Source: Candidatus Micrarchaeia archaeon (GTDB lineage Archaea; Micrarchaeota; Micrarchaeia; CAILAH01). From it: a stretch of DNA of 19,447 nt. Of the stretch, positions 6,771-16,624 are shown in pieces (position 1 is the stretch's first letter; each line of letters begins with the position of its first letter). The translations under genes were made by a program, and so were the position numbers. The notes under the pieces are model-generated. The model made no database searches. It worked only from the letters and a program-made list of their open reading frames with translations, and was not told where the DNA came from. The stretch is from positions 1 to 19,447 of the forward strand of contig JBMFNT010000015.1 in assembly GCA_049970015.1 (NCBI GenBank), written 5' to 3'.

Positions 6771-7287
6771 TATGAGAGAAATAAAGATTGATAAAGTGGT
6801 GGTTAACATAGGCATAGGTAAGGCTGGCGAGCCGCTTGAGAACACAGCATCATTTCTTGAAAAGTTAGCTGGCAAAAAACCAGTAATAACCAAGGCACGC
6901 TCGCGTAATCCTACATGGAACCTGAGAAAGGGGTTGCCGATTGGTGTGAAGGTCACTTTTAGGGGTGCAGAGGCTGAAGAGTTTCTGAGGAAGGCGTTTG
7001 AGGCAGTTGGCAACAAGATAAGTAAAAACTCGTTTGATGGCAGGGGCAATTTTTCGTTTGGTGTTGCTGAATATATAGATTTTCCAGGTGTAAAATATGA
7101 CCCAAAGGTGGGTATGTTAGGGTTTGATGTTTGTGTCTCACTTAAGAGACCGGGCTACCGTGTTATGAGGAGGAGGGTTGCCAGGTCAAAAATAGGTAAG
7201 AGGCATATAATTACAAATGAGGAGGCACAGAAGTTCGTTTCAGATAAATACGGAGTTAATCTGTTTGGAAGGTGGGAAGGTGAATGA
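6763..7287 (+). CDS. rpl5: 50S ribosomal protein uL5
   Basis: MREIKIDKVVVNIGIG, PIGVKVT, SFDGRGNFSFG, YDPKVGMLGFDV. The true start is probably GTG 6763 (6757 or 6772 possible), not 6667. Confidence 0.96.
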   Translation: MGDMREIKIDKVVVNIGIGKAGEPLENTASFLEKLAGKKPVITKARSRNPTWNLRKGLPIGVKVTFRGAEAEEFLRKAFEAVGNKISKNSFDGRGNFSFGVAEYIDFPGVKYDPKVGMLGFDVCVSLKRPGYRVMRRRVARSKIGKRHIITNEEAQKFVSDKYGVNLFGRWEGE

Positions 7288-7447
7288 GAAAGAGTTGAAA
7301 AAATACTTATCAAAATACAAAGGAAAAGGAAACAGAAAGTGTAGGTTTTGTGGTACTGCCCGTGGTCTGATACGTAAGTATAATCTATTCATTTGCAGGA
7401 GATGTCTCCGTGATTATGGGGAGCAGATAGGGTTCAGGAAATATTGA
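7280..7447 (+). CDS. rps14: 30S ribosomal protein uS14 (zinc-finger type)
   Basis: CRFCG...GLIRKYNL.ICRRC...GFRKY, with GTG start at 7280 after an AGGTGG RBS. Confidence 0.96.
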   Translation: MNEKELKKYLSKYKGKGNRKCRFCGTARGLIRKYNLFICRRCLRDYGEQIGFRKY

Positions 7448-7456
7448 GGTGGATTT

Positions 7457-7840
7457 ATGGATATACTTGCAGATGCATTGAACGTAATAAAAAACTACAA
7501 GCGCTTTGGCAAGAATAGCTGCATAGTCAAACCAACATCAAAATTGCTCATAGAACTACTTAGGATTCTCAAAGAGAACAATTACATCACATCGTTTGAA
7601 GTGATAGAAGATGGTCGGGGTAACAAAGTCAAGATAGATGGTATAAATGCAATAAATGAGTGTAGGGTAATAAAGCCAAGGTTTGCAGTTGCAGCAGATG
7701 AATGGATAAAATGGGAACAAAGGTATATATTGAGCAAGGATTTTGGGATAATAATTGTGTCCACATCACAAGGGCTGATGACAAACCGTGAGGCCAGATC
7801 AAGAAATATAGGAGGACGTTTGATAGCATATGTTTACTGA
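7457..7840 (+). CDS. rps8: 30S ribosomal protein uS8
   Basis: DILADAL, DGRG, IKPRF, STSQGLMT, GGRLIAYVY. Confidence 0.97.
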   Translation: MDILADALNVIKNYKRFGKNSCIVKPTSKLLIELLRILKENNYITSFEVIEDGRGNKVKIDGINAINECRVIKPRFAVAADEWIKWEQRYILSKDFGIIIVSTSQGLMTNREARSRNIGGRLIAYVY

Positions 7841-7849
7841 GTGGTATGT

Positions 7850-8338
7850 ATGAACACTGTTATTACTGTACCTGCAAATGTGACCGTTTCGGTCCAACCA
7901 AACATTGTGTATGTGAAAGGCCCAAAAGGTGAGGTAGGTATAAAGATTAAGGGCATTGAAGTTTTGCATGAGGATGGAACGCTTAAGTTATCAGGCAGTT
8001 ATATGATGGTAAACACATATGTTGCACATTTTAAGAATGCATTCAAAGGCGCATGTGAGGGCCATAAGAAAGTTATGAAGGTATTGTGCGCCCATTTCCC
8101 AATAAAAATTGAGGTTAAGGGCAAAGAGGTTCACATAAAGAACTTTTTGGGTGGAAAGAAAGACCTGACTGCCAAGATCGTAGGTTCGGCACAGGTTAGT
8201 GTTAAAGGAGATATCATAGAAATAACCGGACCAGATATATATGATGTTGGGCAGACTGCGGCAAACTTATCTAATGCAGTCAGGATAAAATCCAAGGACA
8301 GGAGGGTATTCCAGGATGGAATATATGTGGTGAGTTGA
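7850..8338 (+). CDS. rpl6: 50S ribosomal protein uL6
   Basis: VKGPKG, AHFPI, NFLG, VGQTAAN, KDRRVFQDGIY. Confidence 0.96.
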   Translation: MNTVITVPANVTVSVQPNIVYVKGPKGEVGIKIKGIEVLHEDGTLKLSGSYMMVNTYVAHFKNAFKGACEGHKKVMKVLCAHFPIKIEVKGKEVHIKNFLGGKKDLTAKIVGSAQVSVKGDIIEITGPDIYDVGQTAANLSNAVRIKSKDRRVFQDGIYVVS

Positions 8339-8339
8339 T

Positions 8340-8708
8340 ATGGACCCAAAAAAGATACGCTCAAGAAAGATTATGCATCCACGGTTTGCAAGGCCAAATG
8401 TTGGTAGGACTGATAGGAAAAGGTTGAAAGATGTATGGAGAAGACCTCGCGGTATAGATAACAAGCAAAGAGCAAAGCGTGTGAGTGCAGGTTTTCATCC
8501 AAATGTGGGGTACATGAACCCTAAAAACATACGCGGTTTGCATCCGTGCGGTCGAAGGGAATTCCTTGTGTGCAACGTTGGGCAGCTCGAGGCATTGGCA
8601 GGTTATAAGGATTCTATTGCAGTTCGCATATCATCAAAGGTAGGGAGAAGGATGCGTAGTCAGATTACTAATAGGGCAAGTGAGCTTGGCCTTAAAGTAT
8701 TAAACTGA
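8340..8708 (+). CDS. rpl32e: 50S ribosomal protein eL32
   Basis: WRRPRGIDNKQR, P.VGY, RGLHPCG, LGLKVLN. Confidence 0.97.
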   Translation: MDPKKIRSRKIMHPRFARPNVGRTDRKRLKDVWRRPRGIDNKQRAKRVSAGFHPNVGYMNPKNIRGLHPCGRREFLVCNVGQLEALAGYKDSIAVRISSKVGRRMRSQITNRASELGLKVLN

Positions 8709-8720
8709 GTGGTGTTGTGA

Positions 8721-9149
8721 ATGAGTCTTAGAACTGTTAGGAGATTGGCTGCAGATATACTGAAATGTGGTGAATCAAGGGTATATATAAATCCAGAGCG
8801 GCTACAAGATGTTGCTTCAGCGCTTACGCGTGATGATGTTAAGGCACTCATAATGCAGAAAGTAATAAGAAAACTCCCAAAGAAAGGCGTTTCGAGATAT
8901 AGGGGACGCTTGAATGATTTAAGGACAAGGGAGGGAAGGACAGGCGAGGGTAGTATAAAGGGAAGGAAGAATGATTATAAGAAAAGATGGATGTCCAAGG
9001 TTCGCTCACAGCGCAAATATCTTAAGCAGATTAAGTCAGCAATACAAAAGTCAGCATACCGTATGTTGTACAATAAAGTCAAGGGAGGAGAGTTTAAGTC
9101 GCGCTCACAGCTTATGGCCTATGTAAAGGAGAATAACCTTATGAAGTAG
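8721..9149 (+). CDS. rpl19e: 50S ribosomal protein eL19
   Basis: RRLAADILKCGESRV, TRDDVK.LI, G.GS.KG, WM.KVR, Y.KVKGGEF. Confidence 0.97.
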   Translation: MSLRTVRRLAADILKCGESRVYINPERLQDVASALTRDDVKALIMQKVIRKLPKKGVSRYRGRLNDLRTREGRTGEGSIKGRKNDYKKRWMSKVRSQRKYLKQIKSAIQKSAYRMLYNKVKGGEFKSRSQLMAYVKENNLMK

Positions 9150-9159
9150 TGTGATTGTT

Positions 9160-9744
9160 ATGCCAGGTGCAAAAAGAAAAACTTACAAAGTCCCTTTTAG
9201 AAGAAGACGGGAAGGCAGGACCAACTATTCAAAGCGTTTGGCATTGGTAAAGTTTGGGGAGCGCATGGTAGTGCGAAAGAGTGATAGATATATTACAGTG
9301 CAATTTGTTTCTTTTTCAAATAAGGGGGACATTGTTGTATCAGCAGCAAGTTCGCGAGAGTTTCTAAATCACAAGGTACCTGCCCTTAATAATCTCCCCA
9401 TTGCATATTTAACTGGGTACCTTGCTGCAAAGAGAGCAATCTCTAAGGGGATAAAGAAGGCAACATTGGATACAGGCCTTAGGACGCCCCACAGTAGGTC
9501 TTTTGCAATGGCTGCATTAAAAGGTGCTTTAGATGCAGGGCTTGAGATCCCTCACAATGAGGAAGAACTCTCAAAAGACAATGGCAGGTTTATGGGAAGC
9601 CATATTGCCGAGTATGCCAAAATGCTTAAGGAAAAGGATGAAAATAGGTACAAAAAGATATTTTCAGCATACCTTTCAGCAGGGCTGGATCCATGTGCTA
9701 TTCCTGACATCATCAATAAGTTGAAATCTAAGTTGGAGGTATGA
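9160..9744 (+). CDS. rpl18: 50S ribosomal protein uL18
   Basis: VPFRRRREGRTNYSKRL, N.PIAYLTG, LD.GL, LKGALDAGLEIPH. Confidence 0.97.
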   Translation: MPGAKRKTYKVPFRRRREGRTNYSKRLALVKFGERMVVRKSDRYITVQFVSFSNKGDIVVSAASSREFLNHKVPALNNLPIAYLTGYLAAKRAISKGIKKATLDTGLRTPHSRSFAMAALKGALDAGLEIPHNEEELSKDNGRFMGSHIAEYAKMLKEKDENRYKKIFSAYLSAGLDPCAIPDIINKLKSKLEV

Positions 9745-9746
9745 TT

Positions 9747-10391
9747 ATGGAAGAGAAAGAAGGCAAAACAAGTAGCAAGATTGATTGGGTTCCAAAGACC
9801 GAGCTTGGTAGGAAGGTTGCAAGCGGTCAGATTACAAATATAGATGAGATACTGCTTAGAGGAGAGAAAATATTAGAGCATGAGATAGTTGATTTCCTGC
9901 TTCCTGGAATTCAGGAAGAGCTCATTCTAATTGGCACTACGCAAAGGGTGACAGATTCTGGCAGGAAGGTTAAGTTTAGGGCAGTGGTTGTTGTTGGTGA
10001 TGGCCAGGGGCATGTTGGTATAGGTGCGGGTAAGTCTGAAGAAACCCGCCCAGCAATTGAGAATGCAATAAGGGATGCAAAAAGGAACATCATATATGTG
10101 CCTTTTGGATGTGGCTCCTGGGAATGTGGTTGTGGCACAAAACATAGCCTGCCGGTGCAGGTCGTTGGAAAATATGGCAGTGTTACAGTAACGCTTAAAC
10201 CAGCACCACGTGGGGTAAACCTTGTTGCAAATTCGGTTATAAAGAAAGTGCTCACTAAGGCAGGCGTGAAAGATGTGTGGTCATCATCTACTGGTAGCAC
10301 ATCAACACGATTTAACACAGCCATGGCAACTTACAATGCACTTCGCAGCATAACCAATATGCAATCTTCAAGGGATTTTTCTGAGATGTAA
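9747..10391 (+). CDS. rps5: 30S ribosomal protein uS5
   Basis: WVPKTELGR, QRVTDSGRK, GCGSWECGCG, PAPRG. Start 9741 or 9747. Confidence 0.97.
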   Translation: MEEKEGKTSSKIDWVPKTELGRKVASGQITNIDEILLRGEKILEHEIVDFLLPGIQEELILIGTTQRVTDSGRKVKFRAVVVVGDGQGHVGIGAGKSEETRPAIENAIRDAKRNIIYVPFGCGSWECGCGTKHSLPVQVVGKYGSVTVTLKPAPRGVNLVANSVIKKVLTKAGVKDVWSSSTGSTSTRFNTAMATYNALRSITNMQSSRDFSEM

Positions 10392-10397
10392 GGTGGT

Positions 10398-10856
10398 ATG
10401 ATGTTATATGCAGTAGTTAGGGTAAGAGGAAGGACCGGGATACAACCTGATATAAAGCATACCATGGAGTTGCTAAACCTAACCCGCATTAATCATTGTG
10501 TTCTACTGAAAGATACACCCCAGAACAGAGGCATGCTTCAGGTATGTAAGGATTATGTGACTTGGGGAGAGGTCAGTGCAGATGTTCTTTCTCAGCTTAT
10601 AAAAAAGCGTGGAAGGCTTCTTGGAAACAAGCGTTTAACTGAAGATGTGGTTAAACAAAAAGGATACTCAGGCTTTGATGAATTTTTAGAGGCGCTTTAT
10701 GCTGGTAAGGTTGCGTTGGCAGAGCTTGGTATAAAGAAAGTTTTCAGGCTTAATCCACCAAGGAAAGGCTACGGTACGGTGAAACAGCCATACCCGAGAG
10801 GTGCAGTTGGCAATCGTGGAAAGGATATAAACATGCTTTTGAGGAGGATGATTTAA
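10398..10856 (+). CDS. rpl30: 50S ribosomal protein uL30
   Basis: AVVRVRG, GMLQVCKDYVTWGE, FRLNPPRKG, G.RG..IN.LL.RMI. Confidence 0.97.
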   Translation: MMLYAVVRVRGRTGIQPDIKHTMELLNLTRINHCVLLKDTPQNRGMLQVCKDYVTWGEVSADVLSQLIKKRGRLLGNKRLTEDVVKQKGYSGFDEFLEALYAGKVALAELGIKKVFRLNPPRKGYGTVKQPYPRGAVGNRGKDINMLLRRMI

Positions 10857-11293
10857 TGGTAGTAACCCACAAACGCAAGAGCAGAAGAAGGTTGGGTAAT
10901 AGGAGATGGGGCAGAGGCAATGTCAAGAAAGGAAGGGGCAGTGGTTGTCGTGGCGGTGTAGGAAGGGCAGGCGCGCTGAAACATAAGAAAACATATACTT
11001 ACAAGTATGAAAGGGATAGGTATGGAGTGCACGGTTTTGTTAACAAGACCCGTGCAGAAGAAAATGTAATTAACCTGACTCAGATTTCACGCATGATAGC
11101 TGCTGGAAAGGTAGAGAAGAAAGATAATGTGTACTACTTTAAGTTTGATGGAAAAGTACTTGGCGGAGGCCAGCTTTTTTTCCCAGTAATTGTAGAGGCC
11201 AGGTCTTTCTCTAAGGGGGCTATAGACAAGATAGAACAAGTAGGTGGAGAGGCAAGAAAGGTTAGTCCTGACGCATCTCAGGTGACGCAATAA
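10856..11293 (+). CDS. rpl15: 50S ribosomal protein uL15
   Basis: RGSGCRGGVGRAG, YG.HGF, KVLGGG, FS.GA..KIE..GG. Confidence 0.96.
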   Translation: MVVTHKRKSRRRLGNRRWGRGNVKKGRGSGCRGGVGRAGALKHKKTYTYKYERDRYGVHGFVNKTRAEENVINLTQISRMIAAGKVEKKDNVYYFKFDGKVLGGGQLFFPVIVEARSFSKGAIDKIEQVGGEARKVSPDASQVTQ

Positions 11294-12762
11294 TGGACCT
11301 AAACTTCTTGGAGCCTATAGTCTCAAAGCTTCCTGAAATAAAACCTCCGGAGGTACAACCATCCCTAAATGAGCGCATATTTTTCACAGGTGCAGTGCTC
11401 ATACTTTTCTATGTTATGTATCACATATACCCTGTAGGGGTGGTTATAAAGCAAAGCACGCAGATGGAATTTTTACAGTTAGTGCTTGCCTCTAAGATAG
11501 GTTCGCTCATAACCACTGGAATAGGCCCAATAGTGCTTGCATCCATATTCCTGCAGCTTTTTGTAGGTGCAAAAATAATCACACTGGATTTGTCCGTGCC
11601 AAAAAACAAAGCCCTGTTCCAAGGCACTCAAAAGCTTCTTGCAATAATCTTAGCGTTCTTTGAGGCGTTTGTGTATACAAATCTAATGACTCTTGACCCA
11701 ATATTTGGGGACACGGCTACGCGAGTTATTGTTGCTGTGCAGGTTGCAATCGGGTCAATACTCTTGCTATACTTTGATGAGATAGTATCAAAGTACGGTA
11801 TAGGAAGTGGTATTGGCTTGTTCATAGCTGGGGGTGTTTCTTTATCTGTGGTGTCAGGGCTTGTCGGGATAATTTTAGGCATAGGAGGGATACCTCAGCA
11901 AAATACTTTCATATACCACTTGTTGGAAGGAGGCGCAAACGCAATACCTTCGGCAATCATAGCACTTGTACCGATCTTCTCAACAATAATTGTTCTTTTA
12001 GTATCCATATATGCGGAGGGTATAAAGGTTGAGGTGCCATTGGCTTTCGAGCGTGCACGCGGGTACGGTGGCAGGTTCCCAATAAAATTCCTGTATACAT
12101 CAAACATGCCAGTTATACTTGCTTTCGCATTCCTCTCTTCCATACAGCTTTTTGGAAGGTTCATAAGCGCGATTGATTTTGAGCTTGGTGGGGCAAGCAT
12201 TGCATCTTTCCTCGCAAGCTATGACCCGAGCGGCAGGCTGATAGGGGGCTTACTTTATCTAATCACCCCATCGTTTCCAAACCCAATAGCCATTGCTGGC
12301 GGTGTGCCAGTTTATGTGAACCTTATATTAACAAGCAGCCAAACGCTTACAGTCCCATTCATTGGAGTAGTTATGGTCCCAGAGTATGTGCATGCGATTG
12401 TATATGCAATCTCGTTATGCCTTCTCTCAGTACTCTTTGGCTACCTGTGGACCGAGACTTCTGGCATGACTGCACGCGATGTTGCCGGACAATTACGTAA
12501 TGTAGGTCTCTCAATACCCGGGTTCAGGAGTGACCCGCGCATGGTGGAGAAGATTCTGTCAAAATACATACCAGTTATTACTATACTTGGCAGCTGTTTT
12601 GTTGGGCTTTTGGCAGCATTTGCCGACCTGACAGGCGCGCTTGGAACAGGTACAGGTATACTCTTGACGGCAGGCATTCTATACAGAACATATGAAGAGA
12701 TGGAATCACGTAGGATGTTTGAGATGTATCCTGCATTGAGGGGTATGCTGGGTGGGCAGTAA
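11293..12762 (+). CDS. secY: Preprotein translocase subunit SecY
   Basis: Multi-pass membrane protein with GIGPIV.ASI.LQL, SKYGIGSGIGLFI, PIKFLYTSNMPVI, IPGFR.DP, GTGILL. Confidence 0.98.
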   Translation: MDLNFLEPIVSKLPEIKPPEVQPSLNERIFFTGAVLILFYVMYHIYPVGVVIKQSTQMEFLQLVLASKIGSLITTGIGPIVLASIFLQLFVGAKIITLDLSVPKNKALFQGTQKLLAIILAFFEAFVYTNLMTLDPIFGDTATRVIVAVQVAIGSILLLYFDEIVSKYGIGSGIGLFIAGGVSLSVVSGLVGIILGIGGIPQQNTFIYHLLEGGANAIPSAIIALVPIFSTIIVLLVSIYAEGIKVEVPLAFERARGYGGRFPIKFLYTSNMPVILAFAFLSSIQLFGRFISAIDFELGGASIASFLASYDPSGRLIGGLLYLITPSFPNPIAIAGGVPVYVNLILTSSQTLTVPFIGVVMVPEYVHAIVYAISLCLLSVLFGYLWTETSGMTARDVAGQLRNVGLSIPGFRSDPRMVEKILSKYIPVITILGSCFVGLLAAFADLTGALGTGTGILLTAGILYRTYEEMESRRMFEMYPALRGMLGGQ

Positions 12763-13316
12763 TGGTATACATAGTTTTTGGGACGCCTGGTGCGGGTAAG
12801 TCAAGCATTATGAAGAAGTTTGTTGAGATGCATCCCAATGCGCATGTTGTCAATTTTGGGACATTGATGTATGAGATAGCCAAACATCAGCAAGGGATAT
12901 CCTCGCGTGATGAACTGAGAAACCTTCCTCGCAGCAGATTTAGAGAACTACAAAATATGGCTGCGAACGAGATACTTAAGTTGGGAAATGATATTATAAT
13001 TGATTCACATGCATCAATAAAAACAGTGGATGGGTACCATCCCGGGTTTCCTTTTTATCTATTGTCCAAGCTAAACATTGATGCATTCATTTACATTAGG
13101 GCAAACCCAGAGGAGATACTGGAAAGGAGGAAAAGAGATACCACCAGAAAGCGTGATGTTGAAACACTTGATGATGTGCAGTTTCACGATATGATAAACC
13201 TGGCAATGGTTTGCTCATACTCAAGCTATGCAAATGCGCCCATAAAGTTTATAACAAATCGTGAGGGTAAATTAGATGAGGCAGTTGATGAGTTCAAGAA
13301 ATGTGTGAGATTATGA
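12762..13316 (+). CDS. adkA: Archaeal adenylate kinase
   Basis: GTPGAGKS, NFGTLM, RDELR, DSHASIKT..GY.PGFP, RR.RD.TR.RD, at its canonical position after secY. Confidence 0.95.
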   Translation: MVYIVFGTPGAGKSSIMKKFVEMHPNAHVVNFGTLMYEIAKHQQGISSRDELRNLPRSRFRELQNMAANEILKLGNDIIIDSHASIKTVDGYHPGFPFYLLSKLNIDAFIYIRANPEEILERRKRDTTRKRDVETLDDVQFHDMINLAMVCSYSSYANAPIKFITNREGKLDEAVDEFKKCVRL

Positions 13317-13828
13317 TATCTGAGGAATTTGTAGTAGTAACATTCGCCATAGCAATAATTGCATGTTTATATGCAGCCGTGCTTAGGTATGTGATGTATG
13401 AGATAGGTGGTATGCGCAAAATAATGGAAAGGAATAAGGAGATACAAAAGGAGATGCGGGAGATAAACAAAAAATATATTGATGCTGCAAGGGCAAGAAG
13501 GGATAAGGAGCTAAAGGTATGTGAACAAAAGATGAATGCAATGGCTGCGGAAATGATGAAATCACAAGTTAAGGTTATGGTAATAACCCTACCTCTTCTT
13601 ATTGTTTCAGCATTGATAGCAAATGAGTTGCGCGTATACTTTTCAGATTATGCAATAGTACTACCAGTACATCTACCAGTACCTCACCTTAGCTTTGAGA
13701 ACTTTATAAACTGGAGGAATACGTTTGGGCCAGTCGGATGGTTCTGGATAGTCTTTTTATTTTTTAGTTTTGTTTCACAGATTGGTTTAGATAGAAAAGG
13801 AGGTGTTAAGGATGCCAAAGCCAAATAG
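13313..13828 (+). CDS. DUF106 / EMC3-TMCO1 (Oxa1 superfamily) membrane protein
   Basis: TM - coiled coil - TM - TM layout with FGPVGWFW, canonical position after adkA, ATGA overlap with the adkA stop. Confidence 0.85.
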   Translation: MISEEFVVVTFAIAIIACLYAAVLRYVMYEIGGMRKIMERNKEIQKEMREINKKYIDAARARRDKELKVCEQKMNAMAAEMMKSQVKVMVITLPLLIVSALIANELRVYFSDYAIVLPVHLPVPHLSFENFINWRNTFGPVGWFWIVFLFFSFVSQIGLDRKGGVKDAKAK

Positions 13829-14114
13829 TAGGGCGGAAAAGAAAGTACATTATACTGCGCCGGGAGGATGCAGAAGGTTTATGGTAAAGAAGAAGATTAA
13901 ACATAATGCAAGTTGCGCAATATGCAATACACATATGAGTTCAGTTTCATACTCGCGAAAAGAAAAAGGAAAATCTTCAAGAAAACCATCAAGGATGTTT
14001 GGTGGCTACTTGTGCCACACGTGCACTGAAAACCTCCTGCGTTATAAGATATGGCTTAAAGAAAAGAAAATTGGTAAGAATGAAATACCTATAGAGTTTA
14101 AAAAGTATATGTAA
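13812..14114 (+). CDS. rpl34e: 50S ribosomal protein eL34
   Basis: MPKP, APGG, CAIC, KSSRKPSRMFGGYLCHTC. Confidence 0.93.
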   Translation: MPKPNSRAEKKVHYTAPGGCRRFMVKKKIKHNASCAICNTHMSSVSYSRKEKGKSSRKPSRMFGGYLCHTCTENLLRYKIWLKEKKIGKNEIPIEFKKYM

Positions 14115-14130
14115 ACATTGGTTGTTGGAT

Positions 14131-14652
14131 ATGCGGATTTCTATTGCAGGGTTCACTGGTGCGGGAAAGACCACAGTTGCAGAACTACTATCAAAAAGGT
14201 TGAATGTGCCCCACATATGCTTTTCTTTTAAGGACGAGGCAAGATTAAGGGGTATGTCTCTTATGGAATTGCAAATACTTGCAGCACAGAATAAGAGAAT
14301 AGATATAGAGTTTGATGAGAGACAGAGAGAAAGAATGAACCAATGTAAGGATTTCGTGACAAGCACATGGCTTGGGCCATGGTTTGCAAACGCTGATCTT
14401 AATGTTTGGCTTTATGCCGAGGATGGTGTACGTGCAGAGCGTGTGGCAAAGAGAGATGGTATTAGTACTGAAGAAGCACTCAAGAATATACGCCTACGTG
14501 ATCAACAGAACAAGGAGAGATATTTAAAGTTATACAATATAAAAATAGGTGACATTAATAAGTTTGATATATGTATAAATACGGAGAAGTATTTGCCAAA
14601 TAATATATGCGATATCATAATGTATGCTTATAATACTAGAAAGAATGGGTGA
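14131..14652 (+). CDS. cmk: Cytidylate kinase (archaeal type)
   Basis: ISIAGFTGAGKTT, ID..FD, RAERVAKRDG, RY..LY.I, at its canonical position. Confidence 0.9.
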   Translation: MRISIAGFTGAGKTTVAELLSKRLNVPHICFSFKDEARLRGMSLMELQILAAQNKRIDIEFDERQRERMNQCKDFVTSTWLGPWFANADLNVWLYAEDGVRAERVAKRDGISTEEALKNIRLRDQQNKERYLKLYNIKIGDINKFDICINTEKYLPNNICDIIMYAYNTRKNG

Positions 14653-14656
14653 AAGT

Positions 14657-14872
14657 ATGAGTGTTATTGAACCAGGCCGTGTGTGTATTAAAGTCAGGGG
14701 AAGGGATGCTGGGAGCAAGTGCATAATAATGAAAGTTATTGATGATAATTTTGCTGAAGTTCTTTCTGCAGGAAGAAAAAGGCCAAGGAAGGTCAATGTA
14801 GCGCACCTGGAAATAACCAATCAATCTGTTGACCTCTCAGATGAGGCTTCAGTAAAAAGAATACTCTCTTGA
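14657..14872 (+). CDS. rpl14e: 50S ribosomal protein eL14
   Basis: IEPGRVCIKVRGRDAG.KC.I..VIDDNF, RKVN..HLE. ATG 14657 follows a GGGTGA RBS. Confidence 0.95.
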   Translation: MSVIEPGRVCIKVRGRDAGSKCIIMKVIDDNFAEVLSAGRKRPRKVNVAHLEITNQSVDLSDEASVKRILS

Positions 14873-14886
14873 TTCCAATCACAACT

Positions 14887-16026
14887 CTATACTATTCTTG
14901 AAGTGATCATCTTTGGGTTAAACTGCTCCAAATCATTATATCCCTGTCCCGTCCCAAGATACAATATTGGAACCCCAGTTTCCCTGAATATTGAGATTGC
15001 AACACCTCCCTTTGAATCACAATCTGCTTTTGTTAGTATTATCCCATCAATACCTATGCTCTTATTATATGTATCAACTTGCTGGTACAGTGAGTTGCCT
15101 GCAATTGCCTCGCCAACAAACATTTTTATGTCTGGTTTTATTACACGGTTTATCTTTTCCAGTTCTCTCATAAGATTATAATTAGTATCCTGCCTTCCAG
15201 CACTATCTATAAGTACCACATCAATCTTCTTAACTTCTGCATGCTTGACTGCATCATATGCAACTGCCGCAGGATCACCACCGTAGTTATGTTTTATTAC
15301 CTTGATACCTAACCTGCTTGCATGCTCCTCAGTCTGCTCAATCGCAGCTGCCCTAAATGTGTCAGATGCAGATATTATAACCGAGTATCCATTATCCATC
15401 AACAATCTGCCAACCTTTGCAATCGTTGTAGTTTTTCCTGCACCGTTCGGGCCAACAAACAATATCTTACATGGTTTTTTGCATTCTCCAACTTTCTTGA
15501 CCAAGTCAAAACCATCATTCCTGCCAAAGGATTCTTCAATCAAGATCTCCTCAATCTTTCGTTTAACCTCAGCTTCCAGATCCTGTTCAGAAAACTCACT
15601 ATTGCTCAACCTTTCCTTTACTTTCTCACAAACCTCCCTTGCAACATCTGGATGTACATCAGATTGTATGAGTGCAAACTCAAGATCTGCTACAATATCT
15701 TCTATCTTGCCTGGATCAAACCTAATCTTCTTTACAATCTTTTTAAGGACTTTCTCTTTGATTCCAACCTTTATCTTTAATCCTTCATCTCTCTTTGCAA
15801 AAGATTCCTCCTTTCTTGTTGTGACAGATACTTGCCCAACTTCATCTCTCTTTGCAAAAGATTTCTTTCCTGGTTTGACGGATACCTGCTGAACCTCTTC
15901 TTTCCCTCCAGTGGCAGGTATATGCTCTGTCTCATGCAATTCATTTTTTTCTTCACTGACTCCTACAACGGCCTCCTTTATTTTTGAAACAAAATTAGAA
16001 ACCTTGGATTTTAGAAGATCCCACAT
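14887..16026 (-). CDS. ftsY: Signal recognition particle receptor FtsY
   Basis: GPNGAGKTTTIAK, DTFRAAAIEQ, DSAGR, TKAD.DSKGG, GTGQGY.DL. Start 16026 or 16035. Confidence 0.97.
   Translation of the reverse strand: MWDLLKSKVSNFVSKIKEAVVGVSEEKNELHETEHIPATGGKEEVQQVSVKPGKKSFAKRDEVGQVSVTTRKEESFAKRDEGLKIKVGIKEKVLKKIVKKIRFDPGKIEDIVADLEFALIQSDVHPDVAREVCEKVKERLSNSEFSEQDLEAEVKRKIEEILIEESFGRNDGFDLVKKVGECKKPCKILFVGPNGAGKTTTIAKVGRLLMDNGYSVIISASDTFRAAAIEQTEEHASRLGIKVIKHNYGGDPAAVAYDAVKHAEVKKIDVVLIDSAGRQDTNYNLMRELEKINRVIKPDIKMFVGEAIAGNSLYQQVDTYNKSIGIDGIILTKADCDSKGGVAISIFRETGVPILYLGTGQGYNDLEQFNPKMITSRIV
15783..15863. repeat. 24-bp exact direct repeat (57-bp period) in the ftsY N-terminal region
   Basis: CTTCATCTCTCTTTGCAAAAGATT at 15783-15806 and 15840-15863, encoding SFAKRDE twice. 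Confidence 0.9.
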
Positions 16027-16037
16027 AACAACCATCT

Positions 16038-16439
16038 TTACTGTACATATTTCCTTGCTCTCTTTTCCAGTGCCATCATTGATTTTTGGGTATTTTTCAG
16101 CTCCTCCTCAAGCTTGACCGTTAGTTTTTTCATATCCTCAATTCTTTTGTTTAGTATGTTTATTGCCATGTTGGGTGTAAATTCTCCATAAATGCCTCCA
16201 CCTATATCTACTATCACATATGTAGGTGTAGCTAATAATGCAGATGCAAACACTCCTGAGCCAAGCGAAACTAAGGCATTCTCATTACCATGGATTTTCT
16301 GAAGTGAACTCACAGTCACGCTTGCCTCAAGTGATGCCATGTTGAGCGCAACAATCTGGTCTTTCAACGCTTTCTGCATACGCTGCAGTGCATCAGCTTC
16401 AGCAGCAATCTTTTGTATCTCTTCCCTGTTAATCTCCAT
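16038..16439 (-). CDS. pfdA: Prefoldin alpha subunit
   Basis: Coiled coil - LVSLGSGVF...VIVDIGGG - coiled coil, at its canonical position before ftsY. Confidence 0.93.
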   Translation of the reverse strand: MEINREEIQKIAAEADALQRMQKALKDQIVALNMASLEASVTVSSLQKIHGNENALVSLGSGVFASALLATPTYVIVDIGGGIYGEFTPNMAINILNKRIEDMKKLTVKLEEELKNTQKSMMALEKRARKYVQ

Positions 16440-16441
16440 CT

Positions 16442-16615
16442 TTATACACCTTTTACATTCTCAATCTTTATCAAGCTTCTTTCTATACCGTACTTTCCAC
16501 TCAAAAAAGCCAATGCCTTATCTTGTGCATGCTTCTCACTTTTTGCACTGATAATAACAGAAAACTTCCTTTCTTCAGACTTTAACCTCATCTTTCCGTA
16601 GACTTCAAACTCCAT
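16442..16615 (-). CDS. rpl18a: 50S ribosomal protein eL20 (L18Ae/LX); absent from the ORF track because it is 57 aa
   Basis: Manual translation MEFEVYGKMRLKSEERKFSVIISAKSEKHAQDKALAFLSGKYGIERSLIKIENVKGV, AGGTGG RBS, canonical position before pfdA. Confidence 0.9.
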   Translation of the reverse strand: MEFEVYGKMRLKSEERKFSVIISAKSEKHAQDKALAFLSGKYGIERSLIKIENVKGV

Positions 16616-16624
16616 AAAACCACC

